Positions 11,966-32,249 are shown, counted from the first letter of the whole stretch. The stretch: DNA of 63,842 bases, filler included, from Platydemus manokwari (GCA_037951405.1; 5 parts of 5 records of this genome joined end to end with filler, not necessarily neighbours in it), one strand, 5' to 3'. Numbers and translations: made by a program. The notes: generated from the sequence alone by a model not told the origin.

Positions 11966-12659
11966 TAAATCAAGATTAGCTATCAACTTAAACTATTTAA
12001 ATAGTACTAATGGTCAATATAATAATAATTTACAAAAATTATTATAATTACCAAAATTTTCAGAATTTTGAATTTGTCTAGTTATGATTGACAATAAAAA
12101 CATTAAACCAAATTTTAATGTCCATGATAATTTTAAATGTATAACAATAAGAATTTTGATAAATCAAATAAAAATAAACATAATTCCAAAAAAATTAAAA
12201 ATTTTAATAAATAATTATCAAAATTCTAAAGTTAAAATTAATAATCCTAATTATATGACTCAAACTTTAAATAGTACTGACCTAACTAATAGTAATATCA
12301 AAAATTGGGCTAGGTTTCATGACCCACTTGGCCAAGAATTACTTTCTTCCTAATAAACTTAAAGGTCGATTTTAAATAAAAAATATCCCAAAAGCTGATA
12401 AACCAGAGCCTCAGTCAGATTTCACGATTTGATAAGAAATTTAATTTCCAATATTCAAAACCTCATATGATAACTATATAGTAGCCAAATTATATAATAT
12501 TCTCGCCTACTTAGCAAAACTCCAAGCCCCTGCTTAGAGCAATAGAGCTACCTCCTTAAAATCTTAATGTAAATTATGAAACACTTAAATGATAATAATG
12601 CAAATGATTATATTAAAACTTCTAAGCTTCGCCCAATTGTTTTTGGCCAATTTGTAAGT

Positions 12660-13850
12660 TCTTCCAGATTTCCATTGCTACACCTGAAGAAATTGCAGAT
12701 TTTGATGATGTTATACTATCATCTGACTCTTATATAAATTGCGATAATTCTTCCCATTGTTCCAATGATCCTGTTTCTCTTATTGATCAAGGTGAATATA
12801 TCTCATTTGACTTTTTCGACGCTTTCCCTCTTGAGGACTTCTCCAAATTTGTTAAACAAATTGTAGCTATCTCTCCACTCTTTGTCTCTACTTTGGATTC
12901 GGAGGCTCTCGACTTTATTAACCCTCCAAATACCTCTACTCCCGACCTTCCTCCCTCAGCCCTGAATCTGTATTGTTTGTATCTTAAACCCAATTAGAGG
13001 AGCCCGTACACTTGACTCTTGATCCAAACTAGTGATCCTTGATGCTCCGGGGCATAAATGCCATATCTGTAAATATACTTTTCCTATGACCTCCATTCGC
13101 ACCTCGACTACGATTATATCCCATTTTAATGACTGTCATGATGAGAAAGTCAATGACGCTTATTATGTAACCTGTGTCTTTGGCAAGTCTGTTCGTCATT
13201 AAGGAGCTCCATAATTGTTTTTCCTTCCCTAAGTCTAATCTAATGCTCACTGGGATTAATCTTTTAAGCTCGGTTATCGCTCCTTTAGGCATGTTAAGCC
13301 CCTGTATTTTAATTGTCGTAATTGTAATAGGTTGAAATCGCGGCTCATATTTTTAATCATTGTCTCGTCATTCTATATTGAGACCCGTAAGCACATTTTG
13401 TTAGATATATTTAGCCAGTTCGTTCGTAACCTTTGTTTTGATGTTGATAGAGATTGTAGGCCTGTAGGTATTGATACAACTCGTTACCCGAGACAATAAG
13501 AAGCGTACGACCTTCATCTTGGATATGAAGGCCTCTTTTGACTCTGATCTTGAATTTCAACGCAATAGGACTGAGAATGATGCCAAATATTGCTCTATAG
13601 GGGATATCTTAGGGAAATTATTGGCAGTCCTTATTAATGATATTGATGTTGATTGTCTTGGTTCTTCGGACCCAACCAATGATGTTGTTCTTTGAAAGGT
13701 AGGACTTTTTAAATATAACGTTCGGGATATTGCTACTTTGCTTACTTCCACTGTGGTCAAGGAATCTTATCATATTTATCTTATGTACATAACAGATAAA
13801 TCTCGTGACTCTTGTTTTGTTAGGTCCTTGAATCGTGACAAACCGAAAAC
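12660..13850 (+). mobile_element. Degenerate RLE-type (NeSL/R5/R2-group-like) non-LTR retrotransposon lacking RT
   Basis: Plus-strand pieces appear in the expected order. First is a C2H2 finger, CHICKYTF...SHFNDCH (~13059-13139). Next is a CCHC knuckle, CRNC..EIAAHIFNHC (13314-13363, one frameshift). Last is a restriction-like endonuclease, RP..IQLV..FILDMKASFD..FQRNRTENDAKY..GSSDPTNDVVL*KVGL..ESYHIY. No RT motifs are present. Confidence 0.7.
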
Positions 13851-16379
13851 GCAATAATGTTCTTGCTTTGATGATTCATCTTTCTTTCACCTATCCATAG
13901 TGTATAATTAATTTAATTTTAATTAAATTCAACAACTAAATTTATCTCTATCGACTATCCACATTTATCCTATAATAAATTACTATACAATTTGAACTTT
14001 ATCTATTTTATATCTATTTGATAATGACTCCATACCAACTTAACTTAATTTACACAAAATTATCTATATTATCATACGGTATTTGTTGTTATATAGACAT
14101 TTATTCATGCTATCAAATGAAATTAACAAAAAATCACATATAATAACTTTATAAAACTAAATTTCTCAGGATTATTAAAATTTTCTCGAATAATTTTTTT
14201 CTTTTGATTTTAATTTTTTAATTTTCCATGTATATTTAATTTTATTAACATCTACTTTTACCTATTTAATACATTTTAGACACCAACAGAAGAGATCTAT
14301 GTCTATGGTAAGTCTTATTTTATACATGAAATTTACAGTGTATTTTTAATAAATCAAATATTAATCGTCAAATTAACCAAAAACACAGAATCAACTATTA
14401 AATCAATTTCCAAAGGATCACAGAATATTGGAAGTCATTTGTAAGTTCTGGGTATTTGGATCAATTAATATATTAGAGTATTTTGTTTGTTTTGTATACA
14501 AAGGTTTTTATGGTATCGATTTGTTGCATCATCTCCTAAACCTGTTGGGTGCAACCCCCCCACGACATGACATAACCTAAATATCTTTTTATAAATTTCG
14601 TACATATGCATTTTAGCATCATATAACCCAACGTATACGCATACCATAGTATATATAACACTACCAAAAAACAATAAATAAAACTTGATTAGACTGACCG
14701 AAAAAGAAGCTTGCCCGAAGATGACAAATAACCAGCAGAAGATAATGCAGCCCTAATCCAATTGTGACACAAAACAGCTATTCAACATTGAACTTTTAAT
14801 TGATCAAACAATGAACAATTAGTGTGATCTTTGAACAATTAGTGTGACTTTTTGTTTATAAAATATGTTAATTATGAAATATTAATTATTGTGTTTTGAT
14901 AATTGACAAAAGTGTGTAATCGTTTTTATGATAAATAATTGTATAAGAAATATGTGCGTACGGACGAGATGAGCAAATGCGGGGGACATATGTTGACAGA
15001 ACGAATTAACAATAACATTAATAATAAAATAAAATAGTGTAAAATACGAAATTAAAAGTGGATAAAATAAGTAAATAAAGAATAATAAAAATATAAATGT
15101 GCAAAATAAAGTTAAAGTAGATTAATTAAAAATAAGCATGACAAAGTAAACGATTAAATACAAAAATCGTGAGAAAATAAAATAACTAATTTAATAGTTA
15201 AATGCAAGAAATGGACCAAATAAATCATGAGAAAATAGTCCATTAAAGTAAATCAAATAGAATTATGCGAAAAAATCATCAGTCCATTTGTGTGAGAAAA
15301 ATAAGCAAGATCAGCCGACTATAAATAACAGCGCTGGTCATAGGTGAACTGCCACAATTAACCACAGTAAAAATACGAATCGTACTTTCGAAAATCAGAC
15401 TTTCAATTAGAAAACTTTGACGAACGAAGATAGAAAAAGAAATTCAATATTTGCAGATATCATACGAGTTTCGTATGCGGATATATCTCTGAACATATAT
15501 TGGACGTTGTCGGAAATTACTTGGATCAATTGATTGTCTTATGAATTTAAAACCTAGTAAGAGTTCTCATTTCGTTAAACGCTTACTTTTAATAACTAAT
15601 AATTCATTGTAACATTGACAACTATTTATGTTATATTAAATTAATTGTAAAATTGATAATTAATTATCACCTGTCGACAATTATTTTCTTCCGCTTTTGT
15701 AATTAATTATCTTCGTCCGTTACTCGGATTGACCTGTTCATCGCTGAGACGAGGTACGGGACATTGAAATAATATTTTTGGTGTTTTTTTAATATTAATT
15801 GTTAAATTTTCGGTTTTTTCTTAATTAATAAACATATACTTGACTTTTGATTTAGTAGTTATTACGAAATTATTATTTTGTCATTACAAAATAGTGAGGG
15901 TACATAGTCGCATCATAATTAAGGCCGATAGTATAAATTCTAACGTCAATATTGAAATTGGTTATTTGTTATTCTATCAATTGTTAATTAAAGCAGGTTT
16001 TCATAACCGCCTCATTATTTTTTCAGGCCAACAGCAACTCAGTTCCTCTATGCTCAATTATTAATTTAAAATCAAATTATTTTCCAACAACTCGGCTATC
16101 ATACTAGTCGCTGAAGCCCCTAGAAACAGTAAAATATAAAATCAATCGCGAACAACCAAATAACTCTTTTGTTTAATAAAAATAATAAGGGAAATTATTA
16201 TGAGTAATAAAGTTTAGAAATATAGAATAATGATAATAAGAATGAAATGACAATTAAAAATGTACACGAGAAATTTATATTAATTATTAAGAGTAGTATA
16301 CCAAATTAAAAAACCAATCTTGAAATGAATCAAGCCGACGGTAAAAAACTGCAGCGAGGTTCCCTATGATAGCAGGCAG

Positions 16380-18210
16380 TAGAGATTAATATAACCCAAA
16401 AACATGTAATTTAAAATTAATTGTCTGCAACTAAGTCTGATCAGAAGAAAGAACATGTAGGAACTCAGAACGAATAAAGCTAACGACAGATAAAGTATTA
16501 TGACAGATCATGCTTGTTTAAGTTTTAACTATTTTTGGTCAAAATTTTTCAAGCATGAAACTATAATTACCTTATTTGAGAAATTACTTTTTGATTTAAA
16601 TCATCTAGGATTCCTTACAATGGATTTAATAACACATTTGATATCAGTAAGATGACTCTACACAAATTACTGAAGCATCTACTAGTACCGGCTATAAACA
16701 AAAAACTCAAAAACTATTTGTACTTAATAGTAGACACTCGAACTTCAAAAACTATAAGCAAAGCTGTCAAAAGTCTTTTAAAAAATGTATACTTAGAACA
16801 AAGTACCACAACAGCATAATAATTATTGCCGACAAAAAGATAAGATTTTGTCACGATTATTAATTCCTTTGATTTAATAACCATAAATTATCAAACTGTA
16901 TCCAAAACTCTGCATTGGATTGCATTTAATTATGTCACGCCAAGTTATACACATGAATTAATTCTATTAACATTTTTGGAGTCAGTTGTGGATATACCGA
17001 CCATTTAATAATTCATGATCCTTATTTAGAATAATTTAAATACTCATAAAACTCCGTGTAATTGTTTATCTATGCTCCATGAAAAGTGAATAATAATAGT
17101 TTCGAAACGATAAATATTTAATTATCATAAGTAGCAGATATCTAATTGATTTTTCAAAGAAAGACAAAATTTCAAATTTTTATTTGAGACGACCAATATT
17201 TCTGCTTTATATGTTCTTCAATTGGTTACTACCTAAAATAAAATCAATAGTGAAATTTTATTGATTTTCTTTAATTTATAGACAACGATTACAATAATAA
17301 GGCTGACAATAAGATTCTAGTTATTAAATCATTTCTAGAAAGAGAAATATATTTAAAGAGATCAGGCATAACTTGCTTCAATTTATAAATTTTTGTGCTT
17401 ATTCAACACATTCTAAATTGCTTTATTCTAACATACAATAAATTCGAACACGACATCGAATCAGAGAAAAACTCAATTAATCAATGAATCAAACAACCTT
17501 TAGATTATCTTTTTGGTGACAAGATTACAACGAATTATAAAAACAATTTAAAGTAAGACTTGTATGGTTTGTGAACTGAGAGGTTTTTTAAGCTCAACAA
17601 GTTGAGATGGTTTAATATCATACTAATTCGTTAGATTACTTAAGTGTAGAAACAAAGTTTTAGTTAATTGCAAATTTTATTTTCTATACAAGTGAAACCG
17701 CTTAGATTTACTTAGAAAAATTTTAACTAAGACCGACTATGAAAATATTAATTCCTATATTTTAAAATATTATAGATAATTACAACCGAAGTTATCATCC
17801 AGGGCTTTATAAAAAAGTTATCTATTTATCAATCGCCAATTATTTTTCCAACTATGAATCTTCGGTTTAACTCTGTATATTATAATCAGTTATCCAAAAC
17901 AAACATCCTTTAAATGCAGCTAATTTATTATACAAGGTTACCTCACCATTTTTCAGTGTGATTTGTAAATGAATTGGTTTTCCCATACACCGTTTTCATA
18001 TGGCCAATGCGTCCCAAATTCGTAAATTATTTAAATTTTCCCCTGTAAATTCTTGTATGATTTTGTTACATTTCAATTATCTATATGATTAAGTAAGAAT
18101 TTTCATTATTTTTTAAATTATTAATAATGATTTCGTAATCAGTCTTTAAATATATCTTAATGGATTATAATTATCGAACCATAAGAAAACAATTCAGGAA
18201 CGGAATTCAT
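16380..18210. mobile_element. Heavily decayed LTR-retrotransposon pol fragments
   Basis: Scattered motifs only: IMTDHACL (+, ~16495-16520), YLYLIVD (+, ~16715-16735), QEFTG..GRIGHMKTVYGK (-, ~17975-18057), NSGTEF (+, ~18190-18210). Confidence 0.3.
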
Positions 18211-21200
18211 GCAAATAAAATCAATCTCAACAGTTAGCTTAAAATAAATATGATCAGGGAAATTATCACTGTAATGCTTGATTGTTCAACATCTTACAAA
18301 ATGGTAATTACTGATAATTTTTAATGCTTACGATCTCTAAACAGTTATCAAAATTATTGAGTCTATTTAACTTAAGTGATAAGAAGAGTACTTTAGTGTT
18401 CCTTCCGATACAGAGACATCGATAATAGGTTCATATATATTTATTAAATAAAGCGAAATAAACAGTAAAAATTAAACATAAGTGTAGACAAGTATAGAAT
18501 TCAATAGAAAATAAAAACAATGGCAAAAAATTGTTATTGAAGCTTACAAAACAGAAAAATGGTATGCGGAAAGGTGTGATAGTAGAATCGGTAATTCTTA
18601 TATGTACTTAATTTTAGAACAAATAATATTCAATACAGATAGTGCCATGAACAAAAACTTTAAATAAAAACGAGACGTCCAAAATTAAAAACAAAAGATA
18701 GTTTATAATAAACAGGAAATAGTGTAATTTAATTAAAATGATTTAAAGAGAATATTTAGAAAATCGCAAATAAATATTAAGAGAAAAGATAATGAAATTA
18801 AACCCGATAAAGACATCGTATAATTCCAATGTTAAATCCAAAGATACGTTCCAAATCTGTTAAAAACCGCATTATTAAAAACATTTTTATTATAAAGCAT
18901 CACAATACCAAGAATATGCTACAAAACTAAATATAGTATAAATTTAAATTAATTATAGTCACATAAAAGGTATTTAATATCATCAATTTCGTATTAAATA
19001 AATGTTTAGATAACCTTTTAAGTTATTTTAGGTTTATAAAATGAGATTTATGTGCTTAACTCACTGTTTTTCTAAATCAACAGGAACGATTAATGAAATA
19101 TTATTAGATCTTCGCCAATCAATGCAGATTTCAGTAAAATTAATTTTAAAAAATGCAAATAATTAAAAATATTAATATCCAGATAACGAGGTCAGGCACT
19201 GACTTACATAACAACTGCAATATATAAAAAATTCAGTCACAATAAAGTGTTTATGAAATCTAAATGTTTTTTGTAGTGTACTTAATTTTGTATCTTAACT
19301 ATATTTTTTGATAATTTGGAATTCAAAATTCCAGTTCAGATAAACCTGTTGAAGAAATCATTAGCCGAAATATTGATTCATCTCAAATAAGTTATTTTTC
19401 ACGGTATTTAATATGAAAATTATCAATTAAGAAACCGAATGGACTTCAAGCATACATTCAGCATATAAATCGCAAACATTGTGTATAGCCAATAAACACG
19501 TTATAATCATGTTTCAATCAAGAATTACTTTAGAGTGATGAATTGACAAAGAACTTAGGAATGTTAGAAGGCACGATCACACATCAAATACTAACGAGAA
19601 GTAAAAAGTTGAATTTCATTACTACATTGTGGCAATTTAAAAAGTTTTAATTTTAAAATCAACTTAATAAAATTTGAATGAAAACTAATATGATAAAGGT
19701 GTTGTGAATGCACCTTAAAAAACAATTAAAGCAAATATTGACAACAATTCAGAAAATTTTTAATTCTATAAAAACATTAATAATCATTAAGTATAGTAAA
19801 CTATAAGTGTACTAAAAATGAAGGTAATCCCATCATGGGCATTTACATCCTTTAAAATAGTTCTAAATAAATTTTAAATTAATTAATTTATATTTTAAAT
19901 TTATTTGATTAATTATTTTTAGAAATAAATTTCTCTTCATTTTCCCAAGAAATGTAAAAATAAAAACTTGATTTTTTTTAAAATCGGGGAACCCAAATCA
20001 CTTCAAAATTCCAATAAATGAATTTATTAAAATCAATGTGAAATATTTTAATGAGATTAACATTTGATAAACACAAAAATATTATTACGAACAATAAAAA
20101 ATCCCATGTATCCTTTTGAAAATAAGATATATTGAGGATTGTGGAATACATACAAAACCATTGGAATACGTGCAATCAATTAAACGAAGAATTATTGAAA
20201 TATCAAAGTAATAATTAGGGTAGTGATTCGATCGATAATCACAATAAATGATAATGATTATATGTTATCATTATTTAATGAAATGTGAATTCAAATAATC
20301 ATTTTAGCACTACTGATTTAGTGTTAATAGATAACTTTACTCTTAAAACTAAGAACTCGTAGCATTCGACAAGGAATTTTCTGCATATAATCACCAAAAT
20401 TAACGACGAAAACAAAGTAAAATCAATCAGACCACTAAAACTAATCGAAAAATTTAATACCTTTATTTGTCATAAATTATGTAGCTAATTGTATTAAAAA
20501 TTCTGTTTTATAAAATACATTCTTTGCTTTCACTACTATAAGGAGTCTGAAAATTAGTTAACAACCTTTATTGTCTACATATTAATCGTTTTTATTCGTG
20601 TAACGATTAAAATACTGTTAAATTTTTTTAAAAAATCATTAATTGTTTTATTTTTCTTTGTTTAATCTTCATGAGACAATCGTTCACTTAAAATTTGTTT
20701 AAGTTAGTCTAATCTACTTTTCATTTCATGGTAGAAATCCTTTACGACGAGTTAATATACTAAGAAGAATTTAATAACATAAAGAATTTAATTACACAAT
20801 AAAATTAAGAATAATCCAAACAACAATAATAATAAGTTCTAAATAGAATTTATAGATCTATATATTCCGATTGAGCATGGGAGTACAGGCTTTCAAGATG
20901 ATATCACCAAATCATATCATATTTATATTGTACGGAGCTCCAGTCAACTATAAACTAAATTTAACCATTGAATAAATAGGTGAAACCTTTTTAGAAGATA
21001 AACTCTAATAATAGTGATACTTATAACAAATATACTATATTAACCAAGACAATTAAAATATTTTGACTGCAGAACAATCTTTTTTGGACTCAGAGTTGAT
21101 TTATCAAGAGAAATAATGGAATATTAACTGTTTCTACAACTAAACAAGTAATTGAGATAGTGAATTTACAAGATTATAAACATAAGTCTTTAACAGTAAT

Positions 21201-22479
21201 TTATAAATACTCATCAACTTGTTATCAATGGAAAATTAATCTTCGAAATCACATAATTCATTAGTAAAATTTAATGAAGTTTTTTTATATAATAAAAGTA
21301 ATGTAAATAATGATTAGACAATCTCAACTAAATTGGATATTGATAAATAATTAAAATGTCCATATCAATGAACGTTTAATTATTTTGATAATTGAATGAC
21401 TTAAAAAACATTTAGATAACGTTATTTGTAGAAAATAAAAATGTTGAATCTCAGATATTTCACAATATAAAAATCTTTAGGACAATGTACTACGCTGTGT
21501 GTTAATATCAGTAAAATATTACCCTAATCCTGTTATTATCTTTTTAATCACTTTCGGATATCTCTCATTTAAGATCCAATTATAATTACTTCATCAAAAA
21601 CAAGACAAATCACTATAATCTCATTTTTCACAATGTTAAAAATTAATTTCAATAATAATTATATTGAAGTATAAATCCATTCTTATTTGAAATGTTAATT
21701 AAAAACTAAATTCGATAACAGTCACAATGTTACATATGTCAATTTAAGTTAAATTCATTTTTCAAAAGATAAAAAGAAAGCCTAACTTTTATCCACAGGT
21801 ACAGCGAAATACCAATACTTCATGTTTCATAACTGCTAATCATTTAAACTTTTAAAGCTAAAATTTAAAAATGTATGTTTATATTAAATTTCAAAAATTA
21901 AATTTTAATCTTCATAACCTGATCCATAATGGCAGAAAATTTAAATATGAATCTAACTCCATTTTAAATGTCACTATTCAAACAACTTTCATTGTAAACA
22001 TTTACATATAATTTTATATATTGCTTATATAAAAAATTTAAAAATTTTACATTGAAAAACGGACACTGAAGTAATTTTATTATTAAAAATTTGATAGAAT
22101 TAATTTACTGAATTATATTACGTCCACATTTAAACTTTGTGCATTACATTAAATTCTTCAAAATAAAATACGCATTTTTGTCAAGAATTTAGATTTTACT
22201 TGTTCATTTACGCATAAAATTGGCATATTATCTACTAAGAAAAACATTTCCAAATTAATCGGTGCATATAATGTACATTGAATCTCATTCAAGTGAAAAT
22301 TTTTATACACTAGCTTGAGTGATTAAAATCATTATGGAAAATCGTACGAAGAATTATTATCAGTTTACAAAAATTAAAGATATTTTAGTATTTCAATAAA
22401 GAATGCCATAAAAAGTGATAAAATTTCCATGGAAATCATGAAAATTACGCCCGAAGTGTAGATACAGAGATTCAATAAA

Positions 22480-22624
22480 CGAAAGGCGCCAAGCCTGGGC
22501 TATATGGCGGGTGGGGCAGAACTTCTCACCCGCTATTTTCTAAATACGTTTTAACGGGTTGAGCAACATGTGGCCGAGCATTGTCATGTTGGAAAATCAA
22601 TGTCTCGTGCCTGGTCTCCCATTC
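22480..22624 (-). mobile_element. mariner (DD34D) transposase fragment, truncated by gap
   Basis: Translation EWETRHETLIFQHDNARPHVAQPVKTYLENSG*EVLPHPPYSPGLAPF contains the HDNARPH and YSPDLAP motifs, with a W-to-stop change. Confidence 0.92.
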
Positions 22625-22724
22625 NNNNNNNNNNNNNNNNNNNNNNNNNNNNNNNNNNNNNNNNNNNNTTAATTAATTAANNNNNNNNNNNNNNNNNNNN
22701 NNNNNNNNNNNNNNNNNNNNNNNN
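22625..22724. other. Artificial scaffold spacer
   Basis: 44 N + TTAATTAATTAA + 44 N. Confidence 0.98.
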
Positions 22725-23289
22725 AAACGGAAACAGGAATCAAGTTTCTATGAAAAAGTTATAGCATTAATTAGGTTATGTAACAAAAATCATGTAACAT
22801 TTTTTATGGTCGCGGCTTAAAGTTAGGTTTGATAAATTGAAATGTATCAATGTATTTTAAGTAACATCAACCGAATATTAAGGCGATGTATTAATTATTT
22901 TTCGATACAGTTGTCATTTGCCAATTGTATCAATTTTGTTCATGAATTCCAGATGAAGGGTTAATATTTAATGAAAATTTTAATTATTATAAAAATAGTA
23001 TATTGATAATTTATATGAAGTTTACTTGGAATGGCATCAAAAAGGAAAAATTATAATGGAATAAAATAATATTTAAGGGGAATAATATTTAAGGGAAAGA
23101 GTTTAAATATTATTAATAATGACTTCTCAATTCTCCTTTATAATAAAATGGCATGGTTAAAAGAAAATAATAGTTAATATTTGGAAAATCCTCGGGGAAT
23201 AAAAATATCATGTAGCGATTTTAGGCACTTAAGTGTGACTAATAAAAATCATATAAATAGGAGTTCGAAACACCAGAACTCGCCCATTA

Positions 23290-24085
23290 CAAAACTTCCA
23301 AACCATTAGGAAGAATATGTGAAGCTCATTTAAAATCTTGAAACCACTATATTACATAATGCGGAAACTCCACTATTAAGCCGAATCCCTCGAAGATTGC
23401 TAGAAGATTTGCTCGACGACAGAACATACCGATACCATATTGCCATTTCAGGTAGTGTGTTAGATTGTTTTGTAAAAAACTGATTTGAACTTATCGTGTA
23501 TATTATAGAGCTGTGCTCAAAAATATCTTTGGCAATCGGTTTTACTCCAAGAACAGGATGTATTAACCGCTATCATCTGGAATTGTAGGTTTGAGCCGCT
23601 GATCCAACATCTTTATTTTAGTGAATTTTAGTATTGCAAACTGTAATTTTGCTTTTATATATTTATAAACGTTAACCTGTAAAGAGTTACGTTGTTGATC
23701 GATATTTGAGGCATAAATAGTTATAAAAAAATTGAGACTGATAGGATTAAACACTCCCTTTTAAATCATTTTTGCCAATCATTTCTATCTTCTTATAGAT
23801 CTGATTACAAACGGGTTTGATGGTTTACACATTGTGAAAATATGTGTTTGTGATTCCGTTGGATGAATCCGAACTATGCAATTGTTAAGTGGCCATGTAA
23901 TACTGTCTTGATCCACATAGGACTAACCGTAACACATTTGCATTATATCGACGCTACAGATTTGTTCATCCCATTAGATTTGATACGATTGAATAAACTA
24001 TTAGTCCTGTGTTTCTTAATCCCTAGCTGTACAAAACTCGCAATTCCTTCACTGTTTCGTTTTGTTTTAAAATATTCCTGCTAAC
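23290..24085 (-). pseudogene. Degenerate coding relic, possibly PIAS/Siz-like (SAP ... SP-RING)
   Basis: A SAP-like ETVKELRVLYS*GLRNTG../LFNRIK at the 5' end, then LIHPVLG..FLQNN..W..C..LIV..ILPNG(W), loosely matching the order of the SP-RING C-terminus. Many stops and frameshifts. Confidence 0.3.
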
Positions 24086-24483
24086 TACTACGGTTAAGTA
24101 TTTTATAGATAATGTTATACAGCTATAAGTAGACTTATTCGTGGTCAACACAGAAAACTCAAATAGACATTGATTTACTCTTACCGATAGATATTATATT
24201 GATTTATTAATAGATACATATTTTTAATTTACATTTCAATGTACAATTTTACATTTAGTTTTACTAACTTATGTAAAAACCGTTTCATGCCAGGATAGTC
24301 TTAAGAACCAAAAATACATAAAGGATTATTCATGGAAGTACAATTAATACTTTCACCACCATGAATTTAATAAATACAATTATCTTTCATTTTGTATATA
24401 CTATAGAAATCTCTTAACTTATAAATATGATACATACATAATAGAAAACATAAAATTTTAATCCAAGAAATATCTTTATTAAA

Positions 24484-24966
24484 TTAACGGTATGATTTTT
24501 GGTATCTGGCTCTGGCACCTGGACCACCGAATTTCTTAGCTTCACATCTTCTTGGATCAGCGACAAGGAGGCTTCTGTCGTATCTGATGAAGCTTTCTTT
24601 CAATTCTCTCTTTGATGATTCATCAACATATTTTTGATAGTAAGCAACAACGGATTTAGCCAAAGCTTGTCTGATGGCATAGATTTGGGAGTTCTTTCCA
24701 CCACCGCTAACTCTGATTTTGATATCAAGAGATTTAAGTCTTTCTTCACCGAGAATCAAAAGTGGTTCTTGGAGTTTAGCGTACAATGGTGATGGTTGAA
24801 CGAGTTCAATTGGTCTACCATTGACACGGATATCTCCTTTACCTGATTTGCATTGAGCAACAGCTGTAGCTGTTTTCTAAACTAATGTTAAACTTTACAC
24901 TATAAAATAAGAAAATCTAACTTTACGTCCAAAAACTTCAACGCTTGGAACAATTTGGTTTGTCAT
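24484..24966 (-). CDS. RPS16: 40S ribosomal protein S16 (uS9), 145 aa
   Basis: Exons: complement(24922-24966, 24484-24876), with a 45-nt GT-AG intron. Translation [22 protein letters not shown]...[31 protein letters not shown] is 3 nt after the stop. Confidence 0.98.
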
Positions 24967-25412
24967 ACTAAATATTTAATTATTAATAACTTTATTTTAT
25001 AAACAAATATTTCTTATTTTAAAAATTATTTATAAACATACTTAAAATTAAAATTCTAACAATATAAGTAATTCAATATATTTAAACAATTCATAGATTT
25101 AATTTTTATAAATTTAAATTAAATTTAATATAGATTTAAAAAATATTTATACTAAATTTAAATTTCATGCTTATATATAAAAATTAATATTTAAAAAAGT
25201 TTTTTTTATAAAATTTTTATAAAATTCTATAAAGGTATTAAATTTTTAAATAAAACAAACTCATTTCAGCATAAATATATTTAAAACATCTGTCTAGATA
25301 GGTTTAATATTTCATATTAAATCTATTAAAAATGAACATTTATATTATGTTGCACATTAATATTAGTCGTCGTTAAACATTAAAATTTTAAACATCTTAA
25401 AGCTAAAAGTCA

Positions 25413-30882
<5,470 letters not shown>

Positions 30883-32249
30883 TTAAAATCTTGAAAAATT
30901 AAAACTATGCCAATCAATAATTAAATAAAATTTTCATTTTCATAAATATAACAATTTACATTTATTATATAAACAAAAACAGCAAAACAAAGATTTTGAA
31001 AGCGATCAATTAATAATATCTAATGTATATTATTTGAGACAACAGCGTGATAAATATGGACATGTTTTATTATTATTATCTTGAATCATAATATTAATTT
31101 TATTGTAATAATTACTAATAATATTAAATTTTGATTAAATTTTCTAAGTTCTAATTTTCGATTTAAACAATCTACTAGATGTAATTCTGCGATAAATAAT
31201 AATTTTATTGAATGAATTATCTGCTGATGTTCATACTAATGTACATCTAGCATCTTTCCTTATTAAGCATATATTCAAAATTTTAAATGGAATAAGATTT
31301 TGCAACCAATTAAGAAATAATAGATACTTATAAATGTCAAAATAATTTTATTTAATTTTAAAAAAGGTTTAAATTAAGATAAAGAGTCCTTCGACCTAAT
31401 TTTAATGTAATGATTTTTCGTTCATTGTTTAGTTTCAAAATTTATTTAAAGGACATTTTTTTATCGTATTTTAGCTTAAAGTTCAATTTTTAGGTGAATA
31501 AGAATAAAAACAACCAAATTCTATCAGAAAAACCAAAATTACAATTAAAAATCAAATCAAAATTTTCAGCATAAATGTCAGAATAATCCAGATTTAGAAA
31601 GCATTTCACAATGACAATCGAAGTTTCGAAGGCATCTATATTACATCCAATAAAACCTCAAAGACATTAATCTGTCGTCATTCATTATCAATTAAATATA
31701 TGCTTTAATGCTTTAATTTTTATAGTTATCATAAAATGTTTTCAGCTGGGATTTTCCAACATACACTTTAAAATAGAAAGGAGAATAATTTAATGAATCA
31801 TTAATTTTATATAACAATAAATTTTTAATATATTGATTTTTATTTTTGAATTTCTTATCATTTTGTGAAAGTCAATTTATTAACGTTATTCAGCCGATAT
31901 CTCACAATTTATTATGTTGAATAAAAACTAAATAAAATTGTGAATCCAAGCTTATATTCTGATCACACCATTTCTATTTGACTTTTTGAGATTATAAATT
32001 AAATTATTTTAAATTATGAATCAAGGTAGTTTATTACTAGCATGTTTAATAAACTAATATTACTTATTTTTATAAAACAATTGTAAAAAATTAGAGAATC
32101 TCTTAATTTGAATCACTAATTTTCAAAAATTGCAATTTAACTTAATTTGACTCATTTTTAAAATTATCAATGTTTTTTGAGAGATCCCGAAGATTTAGTC
32201 AATTTAATATCTTATTTCAAACACCTAAATTTTGCTTAAGGAGTTAAAT

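Noticed and set aside
12787-13854. Minus-strand ORFs at 12787-13292 and 13557-13854
   Set aside because: The recognisable protein motifs lie on the plus strand (retrotransposon relic).
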